NCBI RefSeq assembly: GCF_018350175.1
Contig: NC_058369.1
Coordinates: 19,098,001 to 19,162,000 of the forward strand
From: Felis catus
Lineage: Eukaryota
Length of the DNA stretch: 64,000 bases
Direction: 5' to 3'
Shown: positions 32,075-46,190 of the stretch, one piece after another
Layout: every line of letters starts with the position of its first letter
How positions within the stretch are numbered: the stretch's first letter is position 1
Translations under genes and position numbers: made by a program
The notes under the pieces: generated by a model
The model's input: only the letters and a program-made list of their open reading frames with translations
Databases searched by the model: none
What the model was told of the DNA's origin: nothing

Positions 32075-35000
32075 AGGCAGTAAATGATTTTGCCTTAAAG
32101 TCTTAGAAATGTACTGTACCCTGTGGTCAGTCAGTCAGTTGACTGAGCTGTTACCCAATGCTGCCAGGAACTGGGGACCCTGTGTGACTGAGACAAATGT
32201 GGTCTCCATCCTCCCAGAGTTCAAAGTCTCATGGGTAAGGAGGACAAAGCAGAGTGGTTCAGCCTGTGATGAGGGCCACAGGAGACATGGGATGCCAAGG
32301 AAGAGGGACTAGGGTATCTTCTTGGAGGAGAAGTATCTGAACTGAGCTGGCCAGGCCCAGTGTCTCTCTCCAGTCTAGAGCCCAAGGCGGGAGGTATGTC
32401 AGGACCCAGGCAGAACCCTTCATGGCTGGAGCTGTCTTGACAGGCCTTCCCTCAGATAGGTCTCAGGGGAGGGATATGAGAGGGGAGGTCAGAAGGGAGT
32501 GCAGAGAGCACCTCTTGTCCACATGGAGAGCCTGGGAGACATGGAGCTAGGACAAGTCACTGCCTGTCAGTTACCTGAAGGACAGGCCAACTCGGATCTC
32601 CTGGCAGCCAGCTCCACTGATCGATCAGACTGGAGACTGATAACCCAACCCGGAAGTGACCAGGGAACATTCAGGCCTGGAACACTGGGGAGCACACTGT
32701 GGGGATACTTGCAACCTTGGCTTTGTCTGGAATCAGCTGTGCTCCTTCCCAGGAGGCACAGCACAGCTATTGTAGCCGGCACCTCATTCCCCAGAGATGG
32801 GTCTGCCTCCCCCAGGGCCTGCCAGGGTGACCCCTGATGCACTAGCCAGGCATATATCTGCCCCCCTCCCACAGACACAGGGGTCCGGTTTACCACATCT
32901 GGACGGGTGAAGCCGATTTCCATCAGCCTCCAAAACAGAGCTAGCCTTCTTCCTGGGAAACCATCTGTCCAGCTCAAGTCACCTGAAATGGGCATCAACA
33001 TATGAACAAACAGCGCTGGAAGCAGGTTGCGGGGTGGTGGTGGGAGGCAGGCAGCCCACCCAGCCCAGCTCTGGAGCTCACATGAATTCCCACCGCTGTC
33101 CATTGCCCCAAGCTTGCCTGACCATGGCCACATGGACCTCCAACTCCTCAGCCCCATGGCTGCCCACTGCTTGCCCATATCCTGCCAGGCTGAGCTCTCC
33201 CAGACCCTCCCCAGACAACCTGTCTTCTCTTCCTGGCAAAGGAGTGGCCTCTGCTTCCCTCCTGGAGAACTCCTCCCATAACCCTCCACTCCTGGCCACT
33301 GGGCCAGTAGAGCTGGGCTGTCCTTCCCAGCCCCTACCACTGCCCCAAGGCCAAGGACAAGCTGACACATAGTGGGTGCTTGGGAAGCATTGTTGCCCCA
33401 TAGTCATGACTCTGGGGTGGGTGCTTCCAGGGATGATCCCTGACCAATTTGGACTAACTGTTCTTCCTGTTCCTCCAGTCCATGTGGCTTTACCAGGCCC
33501 TGGAGGATTGACCTGGACTCAGAGCTGGGCCCCTGGGCAGGAATTGTCCCTCTGAGGCCCACACTCAGCCTAGCTGTCCCTGTCCCTGCTCACCTGGGGA
33601 AAGGAGGAACTGCTATGACCACTCCCCATCCCCCTCACATCTGGCACTGGCCTGTGGAGAAAGAGCAGACTCTCTGGTTCGCAGAGCTCAGCAGATGATA
33701 ATCCCCCCAACTGTGGGGTGTGGGGCTGCTATGGACACAGGATCTGGGCGAACCCTGTCGGGCACACCTCAGAAGGCTTCAGCCTCCACTTTGCCTGCTG
33801 CCTGGGGCTGGGGCTGGGGGCGGGGTAAGGGTGGGGGTAGGGGGGTGGTTTGTATCGACCCTTAATGCATCTTTCTCCCCAGAGGGACTGTCGTGCTCTC
33901 TGTCTCCTGATGGGGACTTCCAGATAGTGCAGGGGTGGGGCTGTGGGTCCTGGGCTCTGCAAGGACCCAAGGGCCCACAGGAGTTCCCAATGGCCATACT
34001 ATACCCTTGTGATGAGACCTTGAGCCAATGGGGAGTATGAGGTGTGCCAGCCCCTTCCTCTGGGGACTCTAAAAAAGCAGTAAGTGCATCCCCCCAAAGT
34101 TCATTTCCCATTTCCTGTAGGTTGGCTCTCAACCTGACAGGCGTCCCCTCTCACCTCCCAATCACCGTTCCTCCCGCCCCTTCCCCTCCCCTCTCCCCAC
34201 TTTCTATTCCTTCCCCCTCCCCCCTACCTAATCAGAATGCCCCTACCCCCACAGATTGGCTTCCCTCACTGCGTCTCATTTCCACCGCAGCAGCGAGAAG
34301 GGGAGGCCATCACCCCTGCCCCCTGCCTCCCCACAGTCTCTGTCCTCTCTCCCCTCCACCCTTCAGGAAGCCCCCACCCCATCCTGAAATACCCCGCCCT
34401 TCTGTTCCCTCCTCCCCAACCTGGGATTCGGTGTCCCAGGCCCCCACCCTCAGCAAACTTGGCTCCTTTCAGCTCCCCTCCCTCGCGGGCAGAGGCAGGG
34501 CGTTCAAGTCCATTTAATCTTGGCAGAATGCAATTTCCTGCTTCAGGGAGCTGGCGGGTTTAGGAGGCTTAATGAGGGGGGAGGGGGGAGATGGGGAAGA
34601 AGGAGGCTGAGCCGGGCTAGGAGATGGAGACAGAGTCCCTGAGAGGGGTGGTCCAGGAAGCCTGGGGATGTGTGTGTCTGGGGGTTGCCTGGGGGGTCTT
34701 TGGGATCACACAGAGGTCAGCTCTTCAGCTTCAGGCTCCCACTGATAGGTCAGAGGCCTTTTTGTAAACCACCCCACCCCCAGCTAGGTGGGGTGGAAAT
34801 GGGGGGAGGGGAGGGGCCTCAAAGTGGCCTGCCGTCATCAAAATGGGGAGGGTCGGGTGTGTGTGCGCGCGCGCGCGCTCTGTTCGTGAGGCACCTATCT
34901 GCTTGGCCAACGCGGTGGTGGGGGTGCAGGTCCAAGTGTGCAGATGGGAGGGGTGTCCCGGGGAAAATGTGCAGCTGGGAGGAATTCTAAGTGGATTGTA

Positions 35001-37954
35001 CACTCTGGTTGTGTCCTGTGGAAAGTGCAGCTGGCAGGTCCCAGACCCCCAGGTGGGGGAGTGGGCAGCCAGTCTGGAATTTCAGTCCCCAATAGGATGC
35101 TTATCTGGATACAGCCACCACCAAGGCAGAGAAGATAAGGCACAAAGGGGCCTCTCAGCAGCCGGAAGCCCCACACCTGGTGGGGGCAGGGCAGCCAAGA
35201 GGCCTGCCTGACACCCAGAAAGACAACGCCCGGGAGAGACCCAAGCTGGGCATCTTCTGAGCGCCCCTGCCCTGCAACCCCATTTGGTCTCTTCTCCCCA
35301 TCCTCTCCATTTCCCCTGACCTGGTTCAGCAGATCTGCCTCCTGGAGAAGCCCTTGGAGGAGCCACAAGCCATCAGACAGGGAGTCCCCAGGCAGGGCTG
35401 GGGGCGGGGGTGGGGGGTGGGTAGCACAGGACCCTTCCTCAGCCCACAGGAAGCAGGCAAGGGGATGGGTAGAGGGTCTCTCAGGGAAAAGCAGGCAGCT
35501 GGCATCCTCCAGGTGCAGTGCCCCACATGGGGAAGCTCTAAGGGCCTTTGGGGAGCCAAGGAGGGAGTATGGAGCAGGTTTCAGGGCTCCGGAAGGCAGG
35601 GCTAAGACTGCCAGAGGCACCTCTAAGCCACCCTGCAGTTTGTGCTGGGATTTCTTATTTATGGGGGCCTGGGAGGAAGGCCCATAGAGACAACGGAGGG
35701 CTGAAGCTGGGCAAGGCCCTCTTCTTCTGGGCCTCAGTTTCACCATTTGTGAACAAGGGCGCTGGAATAGGGTCTCTGAGGAGTAGCCCATGGCTCCTTG
35801 GAAGCAGATGGGCCTCACCCCAGCCTCCATTGCAGGTGTGCTTGAATGGCAGCCCGGTGGTGGAGAGGACACCAGGATGCTGGGGAGGGTAGAGGCGTGT
35901 GAGGGACACATCCTGTGGTCTTGTGCCCTTCTGGAAGCCTCGAGGCCCTCCCAACCCCCCAACCCTCATGACAGCAGTATGTTCTCCAGAGGAGGTGTCC
36001 TGTCCCTTTGGGGAAGATAACTCATAATCTGCCAATAGACTGTGCTCAGAGCCAGCGAAGGCCCCACAGGCTGGGCGTCTCCAGGAGCCCCCTGCCCCAG
36101 CCCCTTGTGTAGGGTTGCCTTAGCTCCTTGCTCCCCTGCTTCCCCTTCTGACTAGCCTGCCGGTTCCCTGGGACCAGCTTTCACTCACCACTTTTCATCT
36201 GGCTGAGACCTCCCCAAGGACTATGCCAGGGCCCACATCTCCCCTTCCTCTGCATCTTTGTTGATCTCAGCCCCAGGCCCTCCTGGCTCTTGTAAGCATT
36301 GGTCAAAATAGAGCTCCTAGGCCACTGCTCCTCCCCCTGCCCCCACCCCTGCCCCACGCCCATCTCTAGTAGATTCTGACAGTGTGTGAGTCCCACTCCA
36401 GACAGCTCCACAATCTGGCCTCTAGGACGCAGTCTGGCAGGTCACACCTCCAGGCTCTTGCCCATGTTGTTCTCTCATCCTTCAAGCTGGGAGATTTCTA
36501 ACGGGTCCTTTGAAGGTCGGTGGCAGCGTCACCTCCTCTACACAGCCTTCCTTGAGTCACCCTCCAACCCTCTGGGTACCCTACACGTATCCACCAGGAG
36601 ACCCCCGCTGACCTGGGGCTTCATCACCATGCCAACTTCTAGTTTTTAAATGTTTGGAGGAATTGTGGGCTGGACGCTGGGGTCATGGCTGAGGTGGAGC
36701 AGGCCTGTTTAAGGAGAAGGCAGGTGCGTGGTCCACGAGTTCCAGGCGGCTGCTCTGCCAGCACTGCATTCCCACGGCAACCTGCATGTAGGTCCTCTTC
36801 CAGGGAGGACAGCGAGGCCATCTTTGTGGTGAAGGCTCCAGTGGGTTCTGGGTGTCTGACAAGCAGGGGCAGCGGCAGGATACGGGGTCAAGGTGCCCCA
36901 TCCTGAGCAGACCCTTATGCTGGCTGAGAGAGCAAACACCTACCCACTGTCTCCCACGCAGAGCAGTTCAGGTGAGCCCTCGTGCTCCCAGTGATGGCGC
37001 CTGGGTCTCTCTGTCATCCACTGGGGAGAGACGATGAGTCATAACAAAGATGACACGAGCAGAGTGTGTCCTACATATTAGATATCGCTCCCAGCAATCT
37101 GCTGTTGGTAGCAGCACCCAGGCGGGGTTGAGAGGGTGGTAGGGGGAGGGACTTGCTCTCATGTCCCAGATGAGGAAACTTGGTCTCAGAGAATGGGTGG
37201 CTAAATGCACATGGGTAGGTCAGAGCCGCATGCATGCAGCCAGGCTCGGACTCAAGGGGTCCTTGGTGGGGCCAGTGGGCACCTTCCCATGCATGCATGT
37301 GTATGCATACATATCGCATCGCAGTCTCGCTGCCCTAATGTTTGAGTAGGTAGGAGGAGGCACGGTGAAATCAGAGCTCAGTGGCCCTGACTGCATCTGT
37401 CCACGTTCCCACCTCCACAGAAGCTCTCAGGGCTGCACAGACAGCAAGGCCGGAGCCGCACGGCTTCTGCCACAGCCCAGGCTGCACCCTGGTTTCCATG
37501 CTTCTGTGGGACCCAAGCTTGTCTAGATGACAGGACAAGGACTCCTTTACCTCCTGGAGTCCATCTCCCAGACCTTATGGGGCCTTTCCAAGATGTAGGG
37601 TCTGGGTGAGGCCTGGGCCCTGCAGGGACTTGAGCCCCCCCAACAGTGTGCTTTAAGGTTTCCCAAGGTGGCCCCCACCCCTCAGTCCCAGGCCTATAAG
37701 CCTAGGCTACAAGCCTTGGAGACACTTTTGTTGAAATTTCAGGTCACACCAGAGTAGAGAACTAGCAGTAGGGGATGGGAATTTGGTGGCTTCCTTACCC
37801 AGTGAGCAGGAACTCAGTGGCAATCTGGCCCATTTGGCCATCTTCTCAGAACTAGCCCTGCACCTTTAGGCCAGTGAAGACTCCACCAGACCCTCTGGAG
37901 TTCATGTCCCAGAACGAGGATGAGATGTGTAGAGATGTCAGCCTCTGTGGCCTA

Positions 37955-38150
37955 GTACTTGGCACAGGCTTGGGCACACATGATGTCTGCAGAATGAATG
38001 AATGAATGAATGAATAACATTTGACCGAGACACAAGCAGAGTGAGAGGCTCTCTCCTAGAAGCTCAGAAGACAGACTAGCTGGGCAAACAGGGGAGGCTT
38101 CTTTGGGGAGACAGAATTTGAACCAGGCCAGAAGGACTAGGAGAGCCTCC
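37955..38150. mobile_element. L2 3'-end remnant with (GAAT)n
   Basis: GCTTGGGCACACATGATG followed by GAATGAATGAATGAATGAAT, typical of L2 termini. Confidence 0.5.
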
Positions 38151-38714
38151 TCAGGGAGACAGAAAAGACATTCCTCGTGGGAATGTAGCCTGGACAAGGG
38201 CTCGGGAGCAACATGGTACTATGTGTGATGAGCTGATGACCCTCCAGGAACCCTGCAGTGACCTGAGGAACAGTATGGCCCGTGGGGACCTGGCTTCCAG
38301 GCACCAAGAAGGAGACACCTCTAACCAACAGGCAAACTGGGCCCTGCTGGTTCTGCCTCAGAATTTCCGTGGGACCCTTTCAGGGCCCTCATTCTCTCCC
38401 ATTTGTCAAGTGATGCCTTTGCCTGAGATCTGGCCTAGTAGAGGGTGAGGGGTTCCTGACATGGGAAGGTATAAAGACACCATCCTGGAGCCCTGTGGGG
38501 AGAATATGAGGGTACAGATGTGTTCTCTAGAACCCAAGACCTACAGGATGGGAGGCAGTGCCCTTGGTTAACAAGTGACAGAGGGAGTAGGCACTGGTAC
38601 TTCCCAGGAGAGCTGGGAGCCCCCCACAACAAACCCCATCGTGAGAAAACACTGGGTCCAGGGGAGCAGATGAGGAGGGGATGGTACTCAGGAGCATTCA
38701 GCAATCAGAATTTC

Positions 38715-38812
38715 TTATTTATTTATTTTTAAGTAAACTATACCCCCAATGTGGGGCTCAAACTCATGACCCAGAGTTGCATGCTCTACCAACTGAGCCA
38801 GCCAGGTACCCC
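38715..38812 (-). mobile_element. Short Can-SINE, antisense
   Basis: Perfect TSD CAGCAATCAGAATTTCT on both sides. Confidence 0.85.
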
Positions 38813-39052
38813 AGCAATCAGAATTTCTCCCAAATCTCGTTGGGGGACTGTCGTGCCTTGTGCCCCCACCAGCTCAGCCCTTATCTCCTCTTCCGGGCCC
38901 CTTCCCCAACTGAAGATCCCAGGACGATGGGGACCTAGCCTGGACCACCTTGTGTCCACAAGGCTGCAGAACTTGACATCTGAGTAAGCCAAGAATCCAG
39001 GACTGGGTCCCCTCTCTGGGTGACTAAAATAGCGGGAAGAAACACTGGTGTT

Positions 39053-39277
39053 GGGGCGCCTGGGTGGCTTAGTTGGTTAAGCGACTCTTGATTTCCGCTC
39101 AGGTCATGATCTCACAGTTCATGGGATTGAGCCCTGTGTTGGGCTCTGGGCTGACAGTGTGGATCCTGCTTGGGATTGTCTCTCTCCGCCTCTCTCTGCT
39201 CCTCCCCTACTCACATGCACACTCTTGTACTCTCTTTCTCTCTCTCAAAATAAATAAATAAACTTAAAAAAGAAAAA
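39053..39277 (+). mobile_element. Can-SINE
   Basis: Full element; TSD-like AAGAAACAC(TG/CA)GTGTT. Confidence 0.92.
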
Positions 39278-42089
39278 GAAACACCAGTGTTATCCAGAGA
39301 ATGGGCCCCGGCCAACCTTGCTTGACCCAGCCCGGGGAATAGGGCCCCTCATAGCCTAGCCTGGGCCCAACCAGACTCCTGACTGGAACACAGGGGCTTC
39401 CTGAGGCTCTGTGTTGACCCAGGGTTTTGGGTTGTTGCCTCAGATCCCATCTTTGGGCCACCCCAAGCGACAAGACCCCTCTCAGGCTGGGGTACAGATG
39501 TTCTTGGCTGGGAGAGACCAATTTTGGGGGGTACTCAAGTGTTGTGGCAGCTGCAGAGAGGGTAGAGGGATACCTGAGATGGCCCTCAGTTCAGGGAGGG
39601 AAGTGAAGACGGATGGTCTGTGGAACTCGGCCCTCAGGGGAATCAGATGCAGGCTAGGTCTGGGAGCCATAGATCAGCCCTCCCCACATGCCTGGCTCTG
39701 CCCCCAGAATAAGTGCCCTGAGGCAGAAGGAGCTAGCAGAAAAGACTTGGAGTTTCCTTTTGGCTCCAGCCACCCAGCTCTCTAGGTGCCTCCTCTCCCC
39801 TATAGGCAGGAGTTGGATGCACAGAGGGAAGAGTGAGAAGGCAGCCTGTGGCTGAGGGTGGTGTGGGAAGACCACAGTGAGGAGTTGGTGGAAGAAGTTG
39901 GGGTACCTTAGGCTAGAAGACAGGAATGGGGGCACTTCAGGAGAGGACAAGGGCTTGGGCATGCTGTGGGCCTCAGTTTCCTCTCAGGGATTGCAAGGTA
40001 CCCAGAAATCGGTAGGGAGGGGGAGGGCAACTGCCTCCTTTTGGGAAGGCAGTGTCCCTCTGTGCTCCTGACCAACATCCTCAGGAGTCAGAGCCTGTCA
40101 GGGCTAGGCTGACTGGGGATATGGCTTAAGCCCCAGAGACTCTTCTCTCTGAGCCCTGGGGCCATGACTGAGGTAGAGGGGCACACAATAGGTCCTCAGA
40201 TAGGCTGTGGACGCAAGAATGCATCAGGAGGCAAGAACAAGGTCCCTGAAGCTAGTCTGGAGGAGCTAGAGACAGGCAGGGCAGAGGGTGGAGTGTGGAT
40301 TTCTGATCTCTCCCCGCACAGGCCCTGCTCCCTCCCTTCCTCCATATATCACCCCCTTTACCTCTCCAACTAGGCTGGTGCCTGCTCCTTCCTTCTGGCA
40401 GCAAACAGGAGCTTTGCAGAAACTTGTCCTCGAGTTAAAACTTCAACCACTGTCTCGGGAGAGGGGTGCAGGGAGGCTGGCCAGCCGGGCCACACGTGGA
40501 GAGTATACAGGCAGGGAAGGAGGCCTCTCTCCCCACCTCAAAATCCCAGGTCATACCCTATGGATGAGCTCCAAGGGAAAGATGAGGGAACTCTGGCTGA
40601 GTTTGAGGACAGCCAGCAGCACGCCCAGTGATCCAGCCAGGCTCCTGCCCTCCCTCCAAGATGCCCTCAGCTTGCTTTTTTTTTGGCTTCCCAGGAGCCA
40701 AAGGAATCCTTTAAAATTTTAAATCCTTTAAAATGCCATGCCTCATAACCCTCAGGCCAGTCCTACTCTTTCCTCAATCTGAGACTGCACCTCAACATTC
40801 AAGGGGGCGTTAGTCTGGAGTCCCCAGACAAGCTTGCCCCCGCCCCCTGCTCCTCAAAGTCTCAGTATTCTCTTCTATTAAATGGGTACACAATGATGTT
40901 CTGGCCAAGGTGAGTCAGGGGCCTGATCCTTCCTAAGACTCCGCGGGTAGCACAGGTGGAGCCCCCAGTTTTTAGGTGCAGGTCCAGAGGTCAGGTATAG
41001 CCAAGGTGTCCACTCTAATTATGTTTGGAAATCAAACCCTCACGGGACAGGAAAGCACCCTATCCTGGGGTAGGGAGCATGAGCTCAGCTTTGTCACCCT
41101 GCCAACCACACACAGAGAGCAGAGAAACTCATCGTTGTGGATGGAGTACTTAGCAAGCACTGGGCTGACCAGGGAAGACCAGGCTCCCCTCCACTTACAT
41201 TAGCCCTGCTGCCCGACCCTCCTCCAAGGCACAGAGGCCATGTGCTGTGAAAGGGAAATAGTCCACAAGTAGTAAACTTCTTGGCCAATCCCAACGCCTT
41301 GCCGTGCAGAACAGTGCTGGTCAAGGTCCTCCATTTCCTGGTGTTCTGTCCTTAGATCTCTGGTCTGAGGGTCCGGACAGTGACCTCACATCGCAGCCCT
41401 TCCTCAGGGAAAACTTGGAGCCAGGCTTAGGGAAGAAGGCCAGGACGGCAGGGTGCCCAGTGTCTGCCCACCAACCCCTCCCCCTTCGAGGTGGGGGGGC
41501 TGCCTTCATCTGGGCCCCACTTCCCTGCAGAGAATGAGGGACTAGGGGAGGCCACACGGTGACTGTCACGGAAGGGACATTCCCCAGTCATTTGGAACTA
41601 AGTAAGTCCAGATCCCAGCTTGCAGGCCTTGCTGCAGGACCCTCCTTGGGCCTCCCTCCCCCAGGACTGTGGCCACACAGACACATGGATGGGATGTGTG
41701 CAGCAGATGTGAGCCTGAGAGGCAGCCAGAAACCCCACAGATCAGAGCCCATCTCCATCATCTTTGTCGGGGGCTGCCCGGGTCCCCCCTAGCTCTGAGG
41801 CATAGCTCAGCCTAAGGGGCTATACCTGACCCTCTGGAGTCTCACAGCTGGAGCTTCACTGACTTTTAAGTCAAGGCAGAGTCTACCCTGAGTCCCTGCT
41901 GCTGCTGCCTGAGATATTCTCTTCCCAGCTCAGCTCTTCAGTAAAGGAGGAAACAGCAAATGGGCACCCATCCCTGCCCCATCCTCAGCTCCAGGTGAGT
42001 GTGAGAAGACAGCCCCAGATGAGGGTAAAAAGCAGCTCCCAGTCTCTGATCAGAGGGCCCTGGGCTCAGCTCTTTCCCATTCAGGGGTG

Positions 42090-42670
42090 GTGGTGGTCAG
42101 CTATTACCTGAGCAGAGACCTGAAGGAGGTAAGCCATGAAAGTCTGTTGGCAGGGCACCCAGGCATAGGGAAAAGTCACTGTTGGAGCCCTGAGTCTGGA
42201 GTGGTGTGAGAGGAGGCATGAAGAGACTGTGGCCAAGAGCAGGGGAACAGGAGTCAGAAGTCGGGAAGGGGCTGAGGGGGCTGGCCACTGTAAGGACATG
42301 GCTTTGACTCGCGACAAAGTAGGAGCCTTTGAGAGCTTTAGGCAAAAGAGAGACCTGACCCGGCTTCCATTTTGACAGAGTCTCTGTGGATCCTGGTTGA
42401 CTAGATTGTAGGAGTCAAGAGCAGAAGACAGGAGCCCAGGAAGGAGACACGTGTACTTGTCAGGAAAGGGACAAGTTTGGCCATGGAGGTGGTGGCTGCA
42501 TAGGCAATGGCTGCAGAGCTGGTGACCAGGGAGAAGGTGGGCAGCGTTCATCTGATATTTTAAGATGATGTTGCAAGTATTTGCCGATGGTTTGAATGTG
42601 GATGTGACAGGGAGCCCAGGCTGGTTCTATGGCTTCTTGGCCTGTGTAGCTGGAAAGATGGCGCTGCCCC
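42090..42670 (-). mobile_element. Degenerate L2 LINE fragment
   Basis: L2-like phrases (GGCCACTGTAAGGAC..TGGCTTTGACTC, GGAGCCTTTGAGAGCTTT, ATTTGCCGATGGTTTGAATGTGG). Recalled, not searched. Confidence 0.6.
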
Positions 42671-43100
42671 AAACGAGTTGGGCGAAGCCAAGGAGTGGTT
42701 GGTGGGTGCTCACAGGTGGACTCCAGATCCAAGGTCTTTTCCACACAGACCCTATCTCTTAAGCCAGGCTCCACTCCCCCCACCCCCACCCAGTGGCTGG
42801 GGCTACCCGACAGTTACTGACTCAGCGTTCAGCACTCTCAGTAAAGGCCTCTGCTATGAGGGCAGAGGAAACACTGAATTCCCAACGCAATTCTTAGAGA
42901 GGAGGCCTCTCTGGAGCCAGATAAGGATTGAGCTCTAGGCCCAAGACCTGGACTCTCCGGCAGGGGCTGGGCAGGCCCGAGAGTGGGTGAGGGATGACTG
43001 TCTGGCTTCTGTCTAAACAGGATACGCTCAGGCTGACCGATGGTCATGGGTCACTTGGCAGCCAGCCGAGCCTGGGCCCACCCAACCCCCACCTCCCTCA

Positions 43101-43101
<1 letters not shown>

Positions 43102-43141
<40 letters not shown>
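43102..43141. repeat. (CA)n microsatellite, about 20 units
   Basis: Read directly. Confidence 0.97.
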
Positions 43142-43143
<2 letters not shown>

Positions 43144-46100
43144 TACATACACTGGATGAAGGTAGTAAAGTAACATATGGGGATCTTGGAGCCCTGTGTC
43201 CCCCTCTCTTGTTCACTCTGAACTCAGAGAGACCTGGGTCCCAGGCAGCATCTCCTAGGGGCTGACTGGGGATGCAGGACCCACAGAGGCCCAAGGAAAT
43301 TCCTGACTCAGCCATGGGGATTGACTTCCTGGGAGGCCTGATGGCTCTAGAAGGAAATAAGAAAGCAATGCCAGGTATAGGGGAACAGCATGTGCAAAGA
43401 ACTAGAGATGCGATAGTGTAGAGCTTCTGCCTGCAGGGCAGGGGAGGATGAGGCAGCCTCCAGAAAGTAGGCTGGCACCTTGTGCAGAAGGGGACAGTGT
43501 TTGAGGGTGAAGGAGGTGGCCAAGGGCTCTGGTCTAGAGGAAACTCAGTCGACAGTGGTGCTGAAATCTGGGAAGAACATTCCTGGTAGAGGGGACAGCA
43601 GCAGAAAAAGCCTAGAGGAGGCTTTGGGAAGCAGCCAGGGAGGTGGGTTGTTCCAGGTTTTGATGGGCTCTGAGCCAGCCCCTGAGATCGGCTGGGCAGG
43701 AGGAGGCTGAGCTGAACCCCATCCTGAGCCTGGGCTGCAGGGACTCCTCACTGCCCCCCTCCCAGTGCTGCCTAAGCAACGCCCTGCACCCCCCTCCTGG
43801 GGGCCCCCTTTCCAACACTCCCTGTCTCTGAGATCCAGTTCCGGGAGGCGGTGAGGGCTGGGCCAGAGATCAGGCTGCGCCTGGGGCAGGAGAGATGAGA
43901 AAACCAGAAAGTGGGGAAACCTGAGCCAGCAACGCTGGGGCTGGGCGGGCCAGGGCTTGCTCAGCCTGCTAGGCCCGGGAAACAGGTTCCCCTGAGACTG
44001 GGCCAGAGGAGGGGGTGCTGGGTTAGTTGCCACCTTCATCCAGGGGGCATGGTGGGTCCCTGAGGCCCAGGCCTCTCACATCTCCCCTTCCGGATGCTGA
44101 GGCTGGAAGGGCAGAAAATCTCTCAAGGTTACCCAGTATAGCAGGCTTCTCTCACCCCACTTGAGGTAGATTGGACAAAGGCAGACAGGATAGACAGATA
44201 GAGGATGGACAGGCAGCAGGAGGCCCACGGCTGCCTTTCAGTCCCCCACAGCACAGTCTGGAAGAGCCAGAAGGAAAAGAAACAGGCATGAGTGTGAGCA
44301 GAAACAAAGGCTGGGCCAGGTTGAAAAGCTGGGAGTGTTTGGGGGAAAAACTCCAAAGTGCTCCTGCCTGCTGCCAGCACCATCACCCCGGGTGGGGACT
44401 GGGACAAAGGGGGCCAGTTCCTTCCCAGTTGTAACCCCTGTTGGTGGGCTCTGTAGCATCTCAGAAGCCCTGGGAGACTGAGCCATGAGCCCAAGGCTAC
44501 ACATTCAGGATGTCACCCCAAGGGTCTATCTTGTAGGTACTCAGAGCCCATTTGAAAGGGAGAGGGGGCTACTCCGGGAGGGGGACCCTAGAGGGGTCTC
44601 TATGTCTCTATGTCTGCCCTTACCTCGTGTATCCATACACGAGGATGGGCCATGGGGGAGCTGGAGAAGAAGCATACCTGAGATCTGAGTGTCCCACAGA
44701 AGAGGGAGGGAGGCCCAGCAGGGGGAAGTCAGCCTGGCCTGGCTGTCTCACTTCAGGTGACCCCACAGAGCATCCAAGGTGGCTCTCAGGTAGAGCTAGA
44801 AGCTGAGTAGCTTTTGGAGAGGAAGACAGAAGGACTGTGAGTGGCAGGGAAAGTGTTTGGTGGGGGCAGCTAGTCTAGAGGAGCTAGGTGGTAGGACCAG
44901 GAGTTGGCTCCCGGTCTCTTGGCTCTTGGCTCCTGTTCACTCTTGGATCTGGTGTTGCAGGGATTTGCTCTCTTATTCATTCAATAAAGATTTATTAAGC
45001 TCCGTTAGTGTTGCGCCGGGCTCCAGCACTTATTGCCAGCCCCCGAGCGCCTGTCTGGGCTGCAGGCCCTTGGCTCCATGTGGGCCCCGGGGCCTGGTCC
45101 TTCCGTCTTGGAGCCTTCCAATAACTCCTGAAAAGGCCACCTTTTTCTGACACCACAGCATAGTGGTTACACACCTTATCCTGCTTCTCCCAGGGTCCTC
45201 TTCCTCATCTCTACAATGGGGATGGACTGATGGCAGAACCTGCTTCTCAGAGGGATTGTGAAGTGCCTGGGGGTAAATAATCATAAACTCTGCTGGCAGC
45301 GTGCAGGGCCTCCCAATGTGGCATCTGGGGCTGGGCTCAAGGCATCTTTAGACCCCTAAATTGAAGGTAAATTGTAGGAGGGTCTACTGTATTCCTTCCA
45401 ATAATGCATATTTTATATGTATAATAATATATATCATGACACAAGATGGCCAACCCAGCATGGAACCAGGCAGGGGTGCTGTGTGGATTCACTGCTGCAA
45501 TGATTGCTTTTATTTATATCTATTACTCAGCCTTCTCAGATTGTTAGGAGAGAACTGGCATTCCATTGTGTGAGGTGGGCTCAGCTATAGGTCTCTTCCC
45601 TCTCCTTGTGTGCCCCCCCCCTCAGAAGGACTCCATGTACTATGTCCATTCTGTGGGTCTAAGTGGAGCTCCATGGACAAGTCGATTGAGTTTCTTTTCT
45701 TCCCAACCCAGCACCCTGGAATCTTTGGCAAGTCCTAACAGTTCTGCTTTAGTGACCATAATGATGCTGATGCTGGGGGTGGTGACAGCGATGGCCAGGC
45801 TATGAGAACACCAGGGAAGCTGGGCATGGGGGTGGGGGAGTGTGTAAGGGATGGTGTTGGAAACCACAGTGATGGTGGTGCAGAGTGGTGGTGGCCTTGG
45901 GATGACCCTGGTACAGAGGAGTAGGGGTGAGGAGGGACAATTATCACAGTATTTTAAATGAGACGTAACAGACAGTAGGGGTGCAGACACTGTCACTGCA
46001 GCCACCATAACTCCAGGCTGGTGTTTCCTTGCTTCAAATGGTCTCTGCCTGAAATATGTGAGCCAGCACTCCAAATTGGGGACAGGAGACCCTCACTTGG

Positions 46101-46190
46101 GTTCTTATCATCCCACTCCACTCTACATTCACAGTCAACCAGTCAGTAGATCAGAGAGAGAGATGCCTTCTCCAAGGGGTCTTATTAGCC

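Noticed and set aside
45750..45910. Degenerate GTG/ATG-rich stretch with short ORFs
   Set aside because: Decayed simple repeat with no coding signal.
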